Source of the DNA: an uncultured Candidatus Saccharibacteria bacterium
GTDB lineage: Bacteria > Patescibacteriota > Minisyncoccia > Phycocordibacterales > UBA9988
NCBI GenBank assembly: GCA_964401135.1
Contig: CAYNXC010000002.1
Coordinates: forward strand, 16,457 to 80,456
Length of the DNA: 64,000 bases
Direction of reading: 5' to 3'
Shown: one piece after another, positions 1 to 12,651 of the stretch
Layout: each line of letters starts with the position of its first letter
Numbering within the stretch: position 1 is the stretch's first letter
Translations under genes and position numbers: made by a program
The notes under the pieces: model-generated
Databases searched by the model: none
Seen by the model: only the letters and a program-made list of their open reading frames with translations
Told to the model about the DNA's origin: nothing

Positions 1-651
1 CCTGTGGTGAGCTATCTGATTCAGGGGGGGAAGTGTCGTGGCTGTGGCAGTAAGATATCCACACAATATCCACTGGTAGAATTAGGTACAGGTGTGCTCT
101 TTGCACTTACTCTCCAAGAGTTCTGTCCTCTGTTTACTATTGATGGAGCTTCTCTCTATATACCAGTTCTTACCGTCGTCTTTCATCTTGTTGTATGGAG
201 TATTTTGATGGCCATTACCGTGTATGACATTCGCCACAAGATCATCCCAGACGGTCTCGTGTACGCGTTTATTGGCCTCGCCTTTCTCTATGCTGCGCTT
301 ATGGAGGTAGATGCGCGGTGGGTGGGGGCGGCGACCCTTATGGCGGCGTTCTTTGCAGCACTCTGGTTCTTTTCTAGCGGCCGGTGGATGGGCTTTGGGG
401 ACGCCAAGCTCGCACTAGGGATAGGTCTCTTCTTGGGGCCGAGCAGGGGACTTGCGGCGCTCATCCTCGCTTTTTGGATTGGTGCGCTTTTTGGTATCTC
501 GCTACTTCTCTTCCGCGGACGCTATGCTACAATGAAGGTCGAGGTACCCTTTGCTCCCTTTCTGATCCTCGGCACAGTCCTCACCTTTTTCGCACACTTA
601 GATATGCAGGGGGTACTATCTCTCTTCTCATTCACTGATGTACTATACTGA
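1..651 (+). CDS. pilD: Prepilin peptidase (type IV leader peptidase, A24 family), 5' end cut by window edge
   Basis: ORF 4..651; second CxxC of N-terminal Zn-binding region (CRGCGSKIS), multi-TM body, catalytic Asp contexts (YDIRHKIIPD, GFGDAKL). Confidence 0.8.
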   Translation, partial: PVVSYLIQGGKCRGCGSKISTQYPLVELGTGVLFALTLQEFCPLFTIDGASLYIPVLTVVFHLVVWSILMAITVYDIRHKIIPDGLVYAFIGLAFLYAALMEVDARWVGAATLMAAFFAALWFFSSGRWMGFGDAKLALGIGLFLGPSRGLAALILAFWIGALFGISLLLFRGRYATMKVEVPFAPFLILGTVLTFFAHLDMQGVLSLFSFTDVLY

Positions 652-1255
652 CACAAAAAAAAGAGGATTCACGCTGATAGAGATGTTGGTAGTACTTGCA
701 ATAATTGGTGTGATTTCAGCTATACTTATACGACGCGGATCTCTTAACCCGCCAGAGGTAAAGCTAGATCTAGCTGCACAAGACTTGGCCACTGCAATTA
801 GACAGGCGCAGATCTCAGGGTCTACAGGAAGTGGTTTACCTGGATCAGACGCATATGAGCCAATGACTAACAATGAAGATGCATCCTCTATCGCATATGG
901 AGTCTCTTTGCGAAAAGATCAAAAGTCTCTCGCTTTTTTTAGAGACAAAAACAATAGTCATCAATTCGACTATAATGATAGTCTTGTTTTTAGATACTAT
1001 TTTCCTTCTGGTGTGAAATTGACAGATGTGATACTTTCTGATCCTACTAAATGTGATATGGGTGACGCAGTGATATTTTTATTTAAAGTTCCATTTATAA
1101 CTCTTGAAGAACTTTATTGTAAACCTGCAAGTCATAATGGTCTTACAAATATCGATTCTGACTACATCGGTCTAACATTAGGGATAGATGGGAGTACAAA
1201 AAAAAGACAAGTAAAAATAAACCAAGCTGGGTTCATTCAGATCATCAGCATCTAA
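638..1255 (+). CDS. Type IV pilin-like protein (minor pilin/pseudopilin) with class III signal KRG|FTLIEMLVVLAIIGV
   Basis: N-terminal prepilin cleavage/methylation motif G-F-T-L-I-E followed by hydrophobic helix; directly downstream of pilD. Confidence 0.7.
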   Translation: MYYTDTKKRGFTLIEMLVVLAIIGVISAILIRRGSLNPPEVKLDLAAQDLATAIRQAQISGSTGSGLPGSDAYEPMTNNEDASSIAYGVSLRKDQKSLAFFRDKNNSHQFDYNDSLVFRYYFPSGVKLTDVILSDPTKCDMGDAVIFLFKVPFITLEELYCKPASHNGLTNIDSDYIGLTLGIDGSTKKRQVKINQAGFIQIISI

Positions 1256-2082
1256 TGATTATGAGAAGAATAAAAAGAGATCAATTCCTATCAGGTGAGA
1301 TGCATAGCGGCTTTACTCTCGTGGAGCTTATTGTTGCAATCGGAATATTTATCGTTGTCGCATTGATAGTGACTGGGATGATTGTGTCTCTCATGCGCCT
1401 CAACCGATCAAATAGGCAATCTCGTCTATTGCTCACAAGCATGAATACTGTAATGGATGCCATCACTCTTCCAGCTCGCGAGCGCGCTCCTGGTACCGTC
1501 TTCTTCTGTAGATCAGGATCTGAGGACAAAATCGGCGAAGCAATATATTATCCAAAGTGGCGTTATTCCGGAGATATAGCAAGAGAGAGAGAAGTCTCCA
1601 TCAGCGGCATTGTGACCGACTCAAATAATGAATTGCTTTGTATAAAGTGCCCAATTGCGGGTGCCTGCAGCGGGACAAATCAAGTTCCTAGTCTCTATGG
1701 TAGCTCTATCTCATTCCTTTCTCAGGTTAAAGTAGAAGATGAACTTGTATATGAGGAACTGTCGTTCTATCGTAGTGATAGAATACCAGGGAAGGGGGCG
1801 ATTTATATGAGTAAGTGTCACCTTGATAAATCAGATAAAGATGACGCGGACCCACCTTCCACCTCCCGCTGTACAGTATTTAAACAACAGGTCACTCCAG
1901 ATGATGTAAATGTCACGCAGTTTAATATAGTGCCCTTTACTAGTCCTGTGAGCGATGCTTATGCCCCAACATATGGAGGTATAAATCAGCAAGGGGTCCA
2001 AATAATCATTGAAGCAAAGACTATGTCTTCACCTGCCAAAACTATCCATTTACAGACGGCCATTGCCGCAAGGCAATTATAG
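1255..2082 (+). CDS. Type IV pilin-like protein (minor pilin)
   Basis: SGFTLVELIVAIGIFIVVALIV prepilin N-terminus. Confidence 0.65.
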   Translation: MIMRRIKRDQFLSGEMHSGFTLVELIVAIGIFIVVALIVTGMIVSLMRLNRSNRQSRLLLTSMNTVMDAITLPARERAPGTVFFCRSGSEDKIGEAIYYPKWRYSGDIAREREVSISGIVTDSNNELLCIKCPIAGACSGTNQVPSLYGSSISFLSQVKVEDELVYEELSFYRSDRIPGKGAIYMSKCHLDKSDKDDADPPSTSRCTVFKQQVTPDDVNVTQFNIVPFTSPVSDAYAPTYGGINQQGVQIIIEAKTMSSPAKTIHLQTAIAARQL

Positions 2083-2091
2083 GTAGTATAT

Positions 2092-2881
2092 ATGCATACA
2101 ATCCTACGACAATTTCTTCCCTACCGAAAAGGATTCACGCTCGTGGAGACGATTGTGGCTGTTGGAATTATTGTATTAATGATTACTGTACCAATATCGG
2201 TATATATCCGATCTAGCCGGATGATCAGAGAAGAGATGAATGATCTGACTGCATTGTATTTACAACAAGAGGCGATAGAGATTATGAAGATGACTATCAG
2301 GTCTGATAAGCAATATAAAGATGAGGATGCGCTCTCCACATATAAAGAGGATAATATAGATAAAGGGTATTTCTTTGCTCGATGTAATGGGACTTGTGAC
2401 GCTACAGAGAAACTCAACGATATAAGAATCGGGAGTAATAGACCTGTAGGCGATTATCACCTATATAATTGTGGACGGTGGGGAGGTGTACAGAATTACT
2501 GCAATGCAGCACCGAAAAGCATAACTTCTTTTTTTGCTGATAGTTTCTTAAATGCGGGGACGAGGGTAGCAGATGTAAATAATGGAGGATATACCTATAC
2601 ATTAATAGAATGCGGCAGTCCTTATTACGCATATAAAGAAGGATGTAGTCCAAGTTATAAGCGTACCATCTTTAGTCGGAATGTGTCGATAGAGTTGCAA
2701 TATACTGGAATCCCCTATTTCTGTTACAAGGATTTTGAGACAGCGACTGTGAATCCACCTTATAAAGATAAGTTAGATAATCAATTTTATGACTCCGTCA
2801 GACTTACCTCCAGTGCGACATGGAAGGGCAGGAAGGAAAAATTGCCGGAATTATCAACTGTTATGTATAGGCCATTCTTAG

Positions 2882-2895
<14 letters not shown>
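2092..2895 (+). CDS. Type IV pilin-like protein (minor pilin)
   Basis: KGFTLVETIVAVGIIVLMI prepilin N-terminus; Cys-rich C-terminal part. Confidence 0.65.
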
Positions 2896-5463
<2,568 letters not shown>

Positions 5464-5475
5464 TAGGATTCGCGT

Positions 5476-5772
5476 ATGCAGAACAGTGTCATAACGCGTG
5501 ACGATGTGGAACGGCTTGCAGAGCTTGCTCGTCTTGAGTTGACGGGAGAAGAAAGAGAAGTGCTCACAAAGGACCTCACATCCATCCTCTCATATGTCTC
5601 TGAACTCAATTCAGTAGATGCGGTAATTGAAATGGGGCGAGAGGCAACTCACAATACAATGCGAGAGGACAGTAATCCACACGAGCCGGGAATCCACACT
5701 GACGATCTGTTATCTGCCGCGCCGAAGGTGGAGAACGGATACCTTTCAGTTAAACAAATTCTTTCAAAATAG
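5476..5772 (+). CDS. gatC: Asp/Glu-tRNA amidotransferase subunit C
   Basis: 98 aa, DVERLAELARLELTGEE motif typical of GatC; followed by gatA. Confidence 0.8.
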   Translation: MQNSVITRDDVERLAELARLELTGEEREVLTKDLTSILSYVSELNSVDAVIEMGREATHNTMREDSNPHEPGIHTDDLLSAAPKVENGYLSVKQILSK

Positions 5773-5773
5773 T

Positions 5774-7186
5774 ATGGCAGTCTCTCTTAGTGCACTTACC
5801 ATACAGAGTGCGAGTACTCAACTCTCCGAGGGCTCACTGAGTGCTCAAGAATTGACCGAAGCGTACCTTGCGCGCATTGGCATAGAAGATAGTGAGGTAC
5901 ACGCATACCTTGAAGTGTTTAGTGACGCGCTCGCGCAAGCAGAAGCTCTTGATGAACGGAGAAAGAGAGGGGAGCGCCTTGGCGCTCTTGCAGGCATCCC
6001 ACTTGCGGTGAAGGACAATATCTTGATCAAAGGAAGGAAGGTGAGTTCTGCGTCAAAGATTCTTGAAGGCTACACCGCCTCCTATGATGCGACGGTAATA
6101 CAAAAGTTACGAGAGGCTGGCGCTATCTTTCTTGGCCGAACCAATATGGATGAGTTTGCAATGGGCGGATCAACAGAGAACTCTGCCTTTGGTCCCACAA
6201 AGAATCCACGAGATACCAGTAAGGTGCCCGGTGGATCTTCGGGAGGCTCTGCGGCGGCCGTCTCTGCAGATATGGCTCTGGCGGCACTGGGGTCTGATAC
6301 GGGAGGGTCAATCCGTCAGCCGGCAGCCTTTTGTGGTGTGGTGGGCTTAAAGCCTTCTTATGGGCGAGTCTCGCGCTCCGGGCTTATAGCGATGGCGTCC
6401 TCTCTTGATCAGATTGGGCCATTTACAAAGACAGTTGCTGACGCAGAACTCCTGTTTAATGCGATTATAGGTATTGATCCAATGGACTCTACGACCGTTG
6501 ACCCTTCACAGGTATTGGTGAAGGCGGGAGGGAAGAAGATTGGCGTCCCAAGGCATTTTTTGGAGAAGGGAGTTGATCCAGATATACTCGCGCGTTTTGA
6601 AGAAACGCTCACAGAGCTCCGTGCAAAGGGCTATGAAGTATGTGACATCAGTCTCCCCGCAATTACTCACTCGCTCGCCGTCTATTACATCCTGATGCCG
6701 GCAGAAGTCTCTACCAACCTTGCGCGCTTTGACAGTGTGCGCTTCGGTCTGCATGTAGATGGTAAGGATCTCCTTGATGATTATATGAAGACGCGCGGAG
6801 CTGGATTTGGCAGGGAGGCAAAGCGCCGTATTATTCTCGGTACCTATGTGCTCTCTGCGGGCTACTATGATGCCTACTACGCACGGGCCAGTGCGATGCG
6901 CTCGGTGATACGGCGAGATTTTGAGACAGCCTTTACCTCGGTTGACGCGATTGCCATCCCCACGACTCCTTCGCCCGCATTTGCGCTGGGTGAAAAGGCA
7001 GCTGACCCGCTCCAGATGTATCTAGAAGATATTTTCACCGTGCCAGCAAATATTGCCGAGCTCCCTGCCATCTCTATCCCCTCGGGGATGACGAAAAAGG
7101 GATTACCGGTCGGATTCCAACTGATTGCGCCGTACTTTGGCGAGTCCACACTCTTTAGCATAGGTAAAGACATCAATGTGGGTTGA
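5774..7186 (+). CDS. gatA: Asp/Glu-tRNA amidotransferase subunit A (amidase)
   Basis: Amidase signature GGSSGGSAAAV, GIPLAVKDNI; ATG at 5774 one nt after gatC stop (track ORF starts earlier at 5627). Confidence 0.9.
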   Translation: MAVSLSALTIQSASTQLSEGSLSAQELTEAYLARIGIEDSEVHAYLEVFSDALAQAEALDERRKRGERLGALAGIPLAVKDNILIKGRKVSSASKILEGYTASYDATVIQKLREAGAIFLGRTNMDEFAMGGSTENSAFGPTKNPRDTSKVPGGSSGGSAAAVSADMALAALGSDTGGSIRQPAAFCGVVGLKPSYGRVSRSGLIAMASSLDQIGPFTKTVADAELLFNAIIGIDPMDSTTVDPSQVLVKAGGKKIGVPRHFLEKGVDPDILARFEETLTELRAKGYEVCDISLPAITHSLAVYYILMPAEVSTNLARFDSVRFGLHVDGKDLLDDYMKTRGAGFGREAKRRIILGTYVLSAGYYDAYYARASAMRSVIRRDFETAFTSVDAIAIPTTPSPAFALGEKAADPLQMYLEDIFTVPANIAELPAISIPSGMTKKGLPVGFQLIAPYFGESTLFSIGKDINVG

Positions 7187-7760
7187 CGCACTATTTTACT
7201 ATTTCTACCAACTCCTCCGCTTTGTGCGCGGGCTTGCCTTGGCGACATGGGATGGAGATATTCTCCTTGTCCCTGCAGTTGCAAATGCATTTTTTTGGTA
7301 CAAACTAATCGTGGTTATTTTTTCTGTCACTGCTGCGTCGTTGATTGCGTGGTATGTGTACAAAATTATTTTGATGGATATTGAGAAAGAGAGAGGAGAG
7401 CGCGCTGAAGCAGAAAAAGTTACTATAGAAAAAACACGCACAAAAAATGAGATACGCTGGAACTTCATTCAAGAAAAACTTAATTCTGATAATGAGTCAG
7501 ATTGGCGGATTGCCATTATTGAAGCGGATACTATCCTTGATGAGATTGTTGGCACCATGAACTTAAATGGAGGGAGTCTTGGTGAGAAGATGAAGGTTAT
7601 AGAGAAGAGCGACTTCAACACATTGGACGATGCGTGGGAGGCGCACAAGGCTCGCAATAGGGTGGCACATGACGGGAATGCGGTCCCGCTCTCGTCACGA
7701 GAAGCGAGGCGCATCATCGGTCTGTACGAGAATGTGTTCCGTGAGTTTGGATATGTCTAA
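7176..7760 (+). CDS. Hypothetical membrane-anchored protein with C-terminal HEPN-like motif (AHKARNRVAHDG, R-x4-H)
   Basis: One predicted TM helix (LIVVIFSVTAASLIAWYVY), charged linker, C-terminal helical region containing RNxxxH. Confidence 0.4.
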   Translation: MWVDALFYYFYQLLRFVRGLALATWDGDILLVPAVANAFFWYKLIVVIFSVTAASLIAWYVYKIILMDIEKERGERAEAEKVTIEKTRTKNEIRWNFIQEKLNSDNESDWRIAIIEADTILDEIVGTMNLNGGSLGEKMKVIEKSDFNTLDDAWEAHKARNRVAHDGNAVPLSSREARRIIGLYENVFREFGYV

Positions 7761-7784
7761 TTGTATGCTATAGTCATCTCGTAT

Positions 7785-7861
<77 letters not shown>

Positions 7862-7867
7862 ATGAAA

Positions 7868-7905
7868 AACGCCAATACTACATTGGCGTTTTTCTGTTTT
7901 TATGG
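7868..7905 (+). terminator. Hairpin plus T-run between the two CAU tRNAs
   Basis: AAACGCCAAT-loop-ATTGGCGTTTTTCTGTTTTT. Confidence 0.35.
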
Positions 7906-7944
7906 CACTATGGGAGTCGTCAGGAGAGAGATAGAAAATGTCTT

Positions 7945-8018
7945 GCCGGGGTAGCTCAGTCGGTTAGAGCGTGGGACTCATAAACCCAAGGTCGTGAGTT
8001 CGATTCTCACCCCCGGCA
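7945..8018 (+). tRNA. tRNA-Met (CAU) elongator, or tRNA-Ile2 (LAU) precursor
   Basis: Cloverleaf GCCGGGG...CTCATAA...GGTTCGATTCT..CCCCGGCA; G1-C72 paired; anticodon loop cuCAUaa; CCA not encoded. Confidence 0.7.
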
Positions 8019-8065
8019 CGAGGTTCCTGTATATTCTTTGAGCTTTTTGCTAGGATGATGTCGTT

Positions 8066-8142
8066 GCAGATGTAGCTCAACTGGTTAGAGCACCCGCCTG
8101 TCACGCGGGAGGTTGCGGGTTCAAGTCCCGTCGTCTGCGCCA
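8066..8142 (+). tRNA. tRNA-Asp (GUC)
   Basis: Anticodon arm CCCGC-ctGTCac-GCGGG; acceptor GCAGATG/CGTCTGC; CCA encoded. Confidence 0.85.
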
Positions 8143-8223
8143 GTTCTTAATGTTTAAGGACAGCCCTAAAACATTCACCAGAGGCGAATGTTCGGGCGGA
8201 CAATTTCCATAGGAAACTGTTTT

Positions 8224-8296
8224 GCCGTTGTAGCTCAGTTGGTAGAGCAACTCCATGGTAAGGAGTAGGTCGTCGGTTCAATTCCGACCAACGGCT
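8224..8296 (+). tRNA. tRNA-Thr (GGU)
   Basis: Anticodon arm ACTCC-atGGTaa-GGAGT; resembles E. coli thrV. Confidence 0.85.
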
Positions 8297-8308
8297 CATA
8301 ACAATAAG

Positions 8309-8381
8309 GCCACCTTAGCTCAGTTGGCAGAGCGGCGCATTCGTAACGCGCAGGTCCCCAGTCCGATTCTGGGAGGTGGCT
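8309..8381 (+). tRNA. tRNA-Thr (CGU)
   Basis: GCGCA-ttCGTaa-CGCGC anticodon arm, resembles E. coli thrW; acceptor GCCACCT/AGGTGGC. Confidence 0.8.
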
Positions 8382-8431
8382 CAACATAAGTCTTATTCCA
8401 CCGTTTTGCGGATATATCCTGCTCGTATATA

Positions 8432-9331
8432 ATGTGGTTGATGGCAGAGACAGGTGCCCGGGAGGCGCTTACAGAAAAGATTTCCGCTGTGGAAGCACGG
8501 ATGGCCGACCCGCACTTTTGGGAGGACAAGGATCGTGCACAAGACTTGCTGAAGGAGTACAGTCAACTCAAACAAGAACTACGCGATCTGAATCCATACG
8601 ATAAGGGGAATGCGGTCTTAACCATCTTTGCCGGAGCCGGCGGAGATGATGCAGAAGATTTTGCCGCTCTGCTCTTTAACATGTACAGTCGCTTTGTCGC
8701 TCGTAAGGAGTGGAGTATCCGTACGCTCCATGAGAATGAAAATGACCACGGTGGCTACCGCAACATCACTGCAGAGATCAAAGGAGCGGGGGCCTACGGG
8801 ACACTTAAGCATGAGTCGGGAGTGCATCGGCTGGTGCGCATTTCGCCTTTCAACGCCAAAAAGCTCCGCCACACCTCATTTGTGATGGTTGAGGTGGTCC
8901 CGGAGTTCACTCGTGTGGAGGATGTAGAGATTCCAGAGAGCGATCTCACGATAGAGTATGCAAAGTCATCGGGGCCTGGCGGACAGAATGTGAATAAACG
9001 CGAGACTGCGGTGCGCATTGTCCACAACGCGACAGGACTCTCGGCTCACTGTGAGAGCGAACGCTCGCAGGCACAGAACAGAGAGAAGGCACTCGCCATC
9101 CTTCGTGGTAAACTCTATCGGAGGTTGGAAGATGAGCGAGTCGCCAAGGTGGAGAGTATGTACATCAGTAAGACGACGGATGCCGAGTGGGGCAATCAAA
9201 TCCGCTCGTATGTGCTCCATCCATACAAAATGGTGAAAGACCATCGGACTGAAGTGGAGACGCACAATGTGGATGCAGTACTTAGAGAAGGGGAGCTTGA
9301 TGAATTTATTGCCGCAGAACAAACACTATGA
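8432..9331 (+). CDS. prfB: Peptide chain release factor 2, short form (299 aa)
   Basis: SPF tripeptide (RISPFNAK), GGQ motif (SGPGGQNVNK); no in-frame extension possible upstream (stop at ~8387, tRNA ends 8381). Confidence 0.85.
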   Translation: MWLMAETGAREALTEKISAVEARMADPHFWEDKDRAQDLLKEYSQLKQELRDLNPYDKGNAVLTIFAGAGGDDAEDFAALLFNMYSRFVARKEWSIRTLHENENDHGGYRNITAEIKGAGAYGTLKHESGVHRLVRISPFNAKKLRHTSFVMVEVVPEFTRVEDVEIPESDLTIEYAKSSGPGGQNVNKRETAVRIVHNATGLSAHCESERSQAQNREKALAILRGKLYRRLEDERVAKVESMYISKTTDAEWGNQIRSYVLHPYKMVKDHRTEVETHNVDAVLREGELDEFIAAEQTL

Positions 9332-10008
9332 TTGTCTTTGATAAAGTAAGTAAGATATATTCAGACAATTCAAAGGCGCTTGATTGCGTCAGTTTTGAGA
9401 TTGAGTCAGGTGACTTTCTCTCTATTGTGGGGCAGTCTGGGGCAGGGAAGTCCACCCTCCTCAAACTTATTTTGGTAGAAGACGAGCCTAGCGATGGAAC
9501 TGTCTTTTTTGATAAAATTGATGTGCATAGGCTGACTCGCCGAGAACTCCCACACTTACGCAGACGCATAGGGTCAATCTTCCAAGACTTCCGACTTTTA
9601 CCAGACAAGACAGCCTATGAGAACATTGCCTTTGCCATGGAGGCGGCAGGGAGGAGTGATGAGGAAATCGAGTCTGATGTTCCGCATGCGCTTGATCTGG
9701 TGGGATTAAAGCAAAAAATTTGGAGCTTCCCCCGCGAGATGTCTGGAGGAGAGAAGCAGCGCGTAGCCATTGCTCGCGCTATCGTCAATCAACCTGATCT
9801 CATTATTGCAGATGAGCCGACAGGGAACTTAGATCCGCTTAACACCTTTGAAATTGTGCAGATCTTGAAAAAAATCAATGACCTCGGGACTACGGTCATT
9901 TTGACCACTCACAATAAAGGGGTCATTGATTCATTAAAAAAGCGCGTCATCACGCTTGAGAATGGTCGCATAGCGCGCGATGACTCACACGGTAAGTATG
10001 TACTATAA
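9328..10008 (+). CDS. ftsE: Cell division ABC ATPase FtsE
   Basis: Walker A GQSGAGKST, ABC signature LSGGEKQR, Walker B IIADEPTGNLD; ATG overlaps prfB stop (ATGA). Confidence 0.85.
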   Translation: MIVFDKVSKIYSDNSKALDCVSFEIESGDFLSIVGQSGAGKSTLLKLILVEDEPSDGTVFFDKIDVHRLTRRELPHLRRRIGSIFQDFRLLPDKTAYENIAFAMEAAGRSDEEIESDVPHALDLVGLKQKIWSFPREMSGGEKQRVAIARAIVNQPDLIIADEPTGNLDPLNTFEIVQILKKINDLGTTVILTTHNKGVIDSLKKRVITLENGRIARDDSHGKYVL

Positions 10009-10013
10009 GTAAT

Positions 10014-10940
10014 ATGTTCTGGGTATATATTCGTCGCACAATCAAATCGGGATTCATCAGTTTTTGGCGTAACAGTACTATCTCGCTTGCTGCCATTCTC
10101 GCTATGATTATTACCCTCACGGTGGTGGGGTCTCTGATGATTGGTAATGTGTTTCTCTCCGCATTTCTAGATACCGTGAAAGAGAAGGTGGATGTAACGG
10201 TCTACTTTACTATTGACGCGACAGAGACCGATATTCTTGCCTTGAAAAAATCTCTAGAAGCGCTCTCTGAAGTACGGCGTGTAGAGTATGTCACACGCGA
10301 GCAGGCACTCTTAGCATTTAAAGAACGCCACAAGGACGACGCAGTGATGCTTGCCGCTCTTGATGAGGTAGGAGGTAATCCTCTGCGTGCCAGTCTCAAC
10401 ATTAAAGCGAAGGAGCTCTCACAGTACGAGGGTGTGAGCAAGTTCCTGGAAGGAGATTCCGCGCTTGCTCCTGGTGGAGGAGATATTATTGAGAAGGTAA
10501 ACTATCGGCAAAACAAAGTGGTGATAGAGCGGATGAACACCATTCTTGCCTATACAAGAAAGGTGGGTGCTGGTATCTCTATTGTACTCGCCATTATGTC
10601 TATTATGGTGACAGTCAATACTATCTCGCTCGCACTCTACTCATCTCGAGACGAGATCTCGGTGATGAAGTTGGTGGGTGCGGCAAACAACTTTGTGCGC
10701 GGTCCTTTTATGATGCAGGGAGCGATGTATGGTGCCGTTTCTGCCATCCTTGCCACTGCACTCCTTTACCCAGCAACATTTTGGCTAGGGCGGAGTACGG
10801 AGGACGCTTTTGGGGGGTTGAATATCTTCCGTTACTATATTGCTGATTTTGGACAGCTCTTTCTTACTCTACTTGGAGTGGGGATATTCCTCGGGATGAT
10901 ATCTAGCCTCTTTGCTCTCTCCCGCTATCTGAAGGTCTAA
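10014..10940 (+). CDS. ftsX: Cell division permease FtsX
   Basis: N-terminal TM, periplasmic domain, 3 C-terminal TMs; follows ftsE. Confidence 0.8.
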   Translation: MFWVYIRRTIKSGFISFWRNSTISLAAILAMIITLTVVGSLMIGNVFLSAFLDTVKEKVDVTVYFTIDATETDILALKKSLEALSEVRRVEYVTREQALLAFKERHKDDAVMLAALDEVGGNPLRASLNIKAKELSQYEGVSKFLEGDSALAPGGGDIIEKVNYRQNKVVIERMNTILAYTRKVGAGISIVLAIMSIMVTVNTISLALYSSRDEISVMKLVGAANNFVRGPFMMQGAMYGAVSAILATALLYPATFWLGRSTEDAFGGLNIFRYYIADFGQLFLTLLGVGIFLGMISSLFALSRYLKV

Positions 10941-10941
10941 T

Positions 10942-12618
10942 ATGCCAAAGCGCCATAAATACATCTTTATCCTCGGCGGTGTCATGTCAGGAGTAGGGAA
11001 AGGTGTAACGACTTCCTCCATTGCAAAAATTCTTAAAGCACGGGGCTACAAAGTCAACCCAGTTAAAATTGATCCATACCTGAATGTGGATGCCGGCACC
11101 ATGAACCCTATTGAGCATGGAGAAGTGTTTGTATTGGACTCTGGGCTCGAGTGTGATCAGGATATGGGCAACTATGAGCGCTTCTTAGATCTCACCCTAC
11201 CTCCAGAGAACTATATGACGAGCGGTATGGTCTACAAGCACATTATTGATAAAGAGCGTGCTCTTGGTTATGGTGGGAAGTGTGTGGACCCGGTACCTTA
11301 TATCTGTGAAGAGATTCATCGTCGCCTCAAGCGCTCGGAAGAGAAGACGGTAGCAGACATTACGCTTGTTGAGATAGGAGGGACCGTGGGTGAATACCAG
11401 AATACAATGTTTATTGAAGCGGCGCGCATTCTTAAGCTCAAGCATCCAGACGATGTGCTCTTTGTGTTAGTGAGCTACCTCCCCGTGCCTGGTAAGATCG
11501 GGGAGATGAAGACAAAACCAACACAGTACGCGGTGCGCACTATGAATAGCTACGGAGTGCATCCAGACATCATCATTGCGCGGAGCGACCGACCTTTGGA
11601 TAAAAAACGCAAAGAGAAGATTGCCGTCTCAAGTAATATCGCGGTGGAAGATATTATCTCTGCACCAGACACAGAGAGTATCTATGAGATCCCACTCAAT
11701 TTTGAAAAGGATGAACTCTCAAGCCGTCTCCTTGGACGATTGAAGCTCCGTCCAAAGCAGACTGATTTGAGTGACTGGCGAGCCATGTCTGCCCGTACAC
11801 AAAGAGCAAAAGAGGAAGTGTCAATCGCGATCGTGGGGAAGTACTTTAAGACGGGCGACTTTGTACTCTCTGATGTCTACATTTCAGTGATTGAATCGTT
11901 AAAGCACGCGGGCTCTGCGCTCAATAAGAAGGTTGTCATTAGCTGGCTGGATTCAACAGAATATGAGCCTGCCTCGCCGGAAGGTATGAAGGACGCAGAG
12001 AAGCCGAAAGGTCTATCGCAGTATGCAGGCATCTTGGTTCCTGGCGGTTTTGGCGAGCGTGGGGTGGAGGGCAAGATTAAGGTTATAGAGTACGCGCGTA
12101 CGCATCGGGTGCCCTACTTTGGCATCTGTTACGGCATGCAGTTGGCGGTCATTGAGTATGCACGGCATATACTTAGACTTCCCGGAGCGCATACGACAGA
12201 AATTGATCCGGAGACTAAACACCCCGTCATAGATATTATGCCAGAGCAGAAAGGACATATGCGTGATGCAAAGTATGGTGCAACGATGCGCCTAGGTGCA
12301 TTCCCAGCAGAGCTTACTTCTGGCACCATTGCCGCGCTCGCGTATAGGCAGAGTTCCATCAGTGAACGCCACCGACATCGCTATGAGGTGAACTCTGACT
12401 ATGTAAAACAGATAGAGGATGGAGGTGGGGTCTTTTCAGGGAAGTCGCCCAATGGAGTGCTGATGGAAATTTTTGAACTCCCTACAAGAGTACATCCATT
12501 CTTTGTGGGGACGCAGTTCCACCCCGAGTTTAAATCATCGCCACTCAATCCGCATCCACTCTTTGTCGCTTTTATCAAAGCGGCGGCACGATCTAAAGTC
12601 TCTCGACGAAGAAAGTGA
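10942..12618 (+). CDS. pyrG: CTP synthase
   Basis: N-terminal synthase motif GGVMSGVGKGV, C-terminal glutamine amidotransferase (GICYGMQ, HPEF). Confidence 0.9.
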   Translation: MPKRHKYIFILGGVMSGVGKGVTTSSIAKILKARGYKVNPVKIDPYLNVDAGTMNPIEHGEVFVLDSGLECDQDMGNYERFLDLTLPPENYMTSGMVYKHIIDKERALGYGGKCVDPVPYICEEIHRRLKRSEEKTVADITLVEIGGTVGEYQNTMFIEAARILKLKHPDDVLFVLVSYLPVPGKIGEMKTKPTQYAVRTMNSYGVHPDIIIARSDRPLDKKRKEKIAVSSNIAVEDIISAPDTESIYEIPLNFEKDELSSRLLGRLKLRPKQTDLSDWRAMSARTQRAKEEVSIAIVGKYFKTGDFVLSDVYISVIESLKHAGSALNKKVVISWLDSTEYEPASPEGMKDAEKPKGLSQYAGILVPGGFGERGVEGKIKVIEYARTHRVPYFGICYGMQLAVIEYARHILRLPGAHTTEIDPETKHPVIDIMPEQKGHMRDAKYGATMRLGAFPAELTSGTIAALAYRQSSISERHRHRYEVNSDYVKQIEDGGGVFSGKSPNGVLMEIFELPTRVHPFFVGTQFHPEFKSSPLNPHPLFVAFIKAAARSKVSRRRK

Positions 12619-12651
12619 TGCGATAGTCTTGCGAGAAGGAGATCTTTTCTC

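Noticed and set aside
384-873. Overlapping alternative-frame and antisense ORFs within pilD and the first pilin gene (384..638, 643..873)
   Set aside because: Embedded in strongly supported genes. No independent signals.
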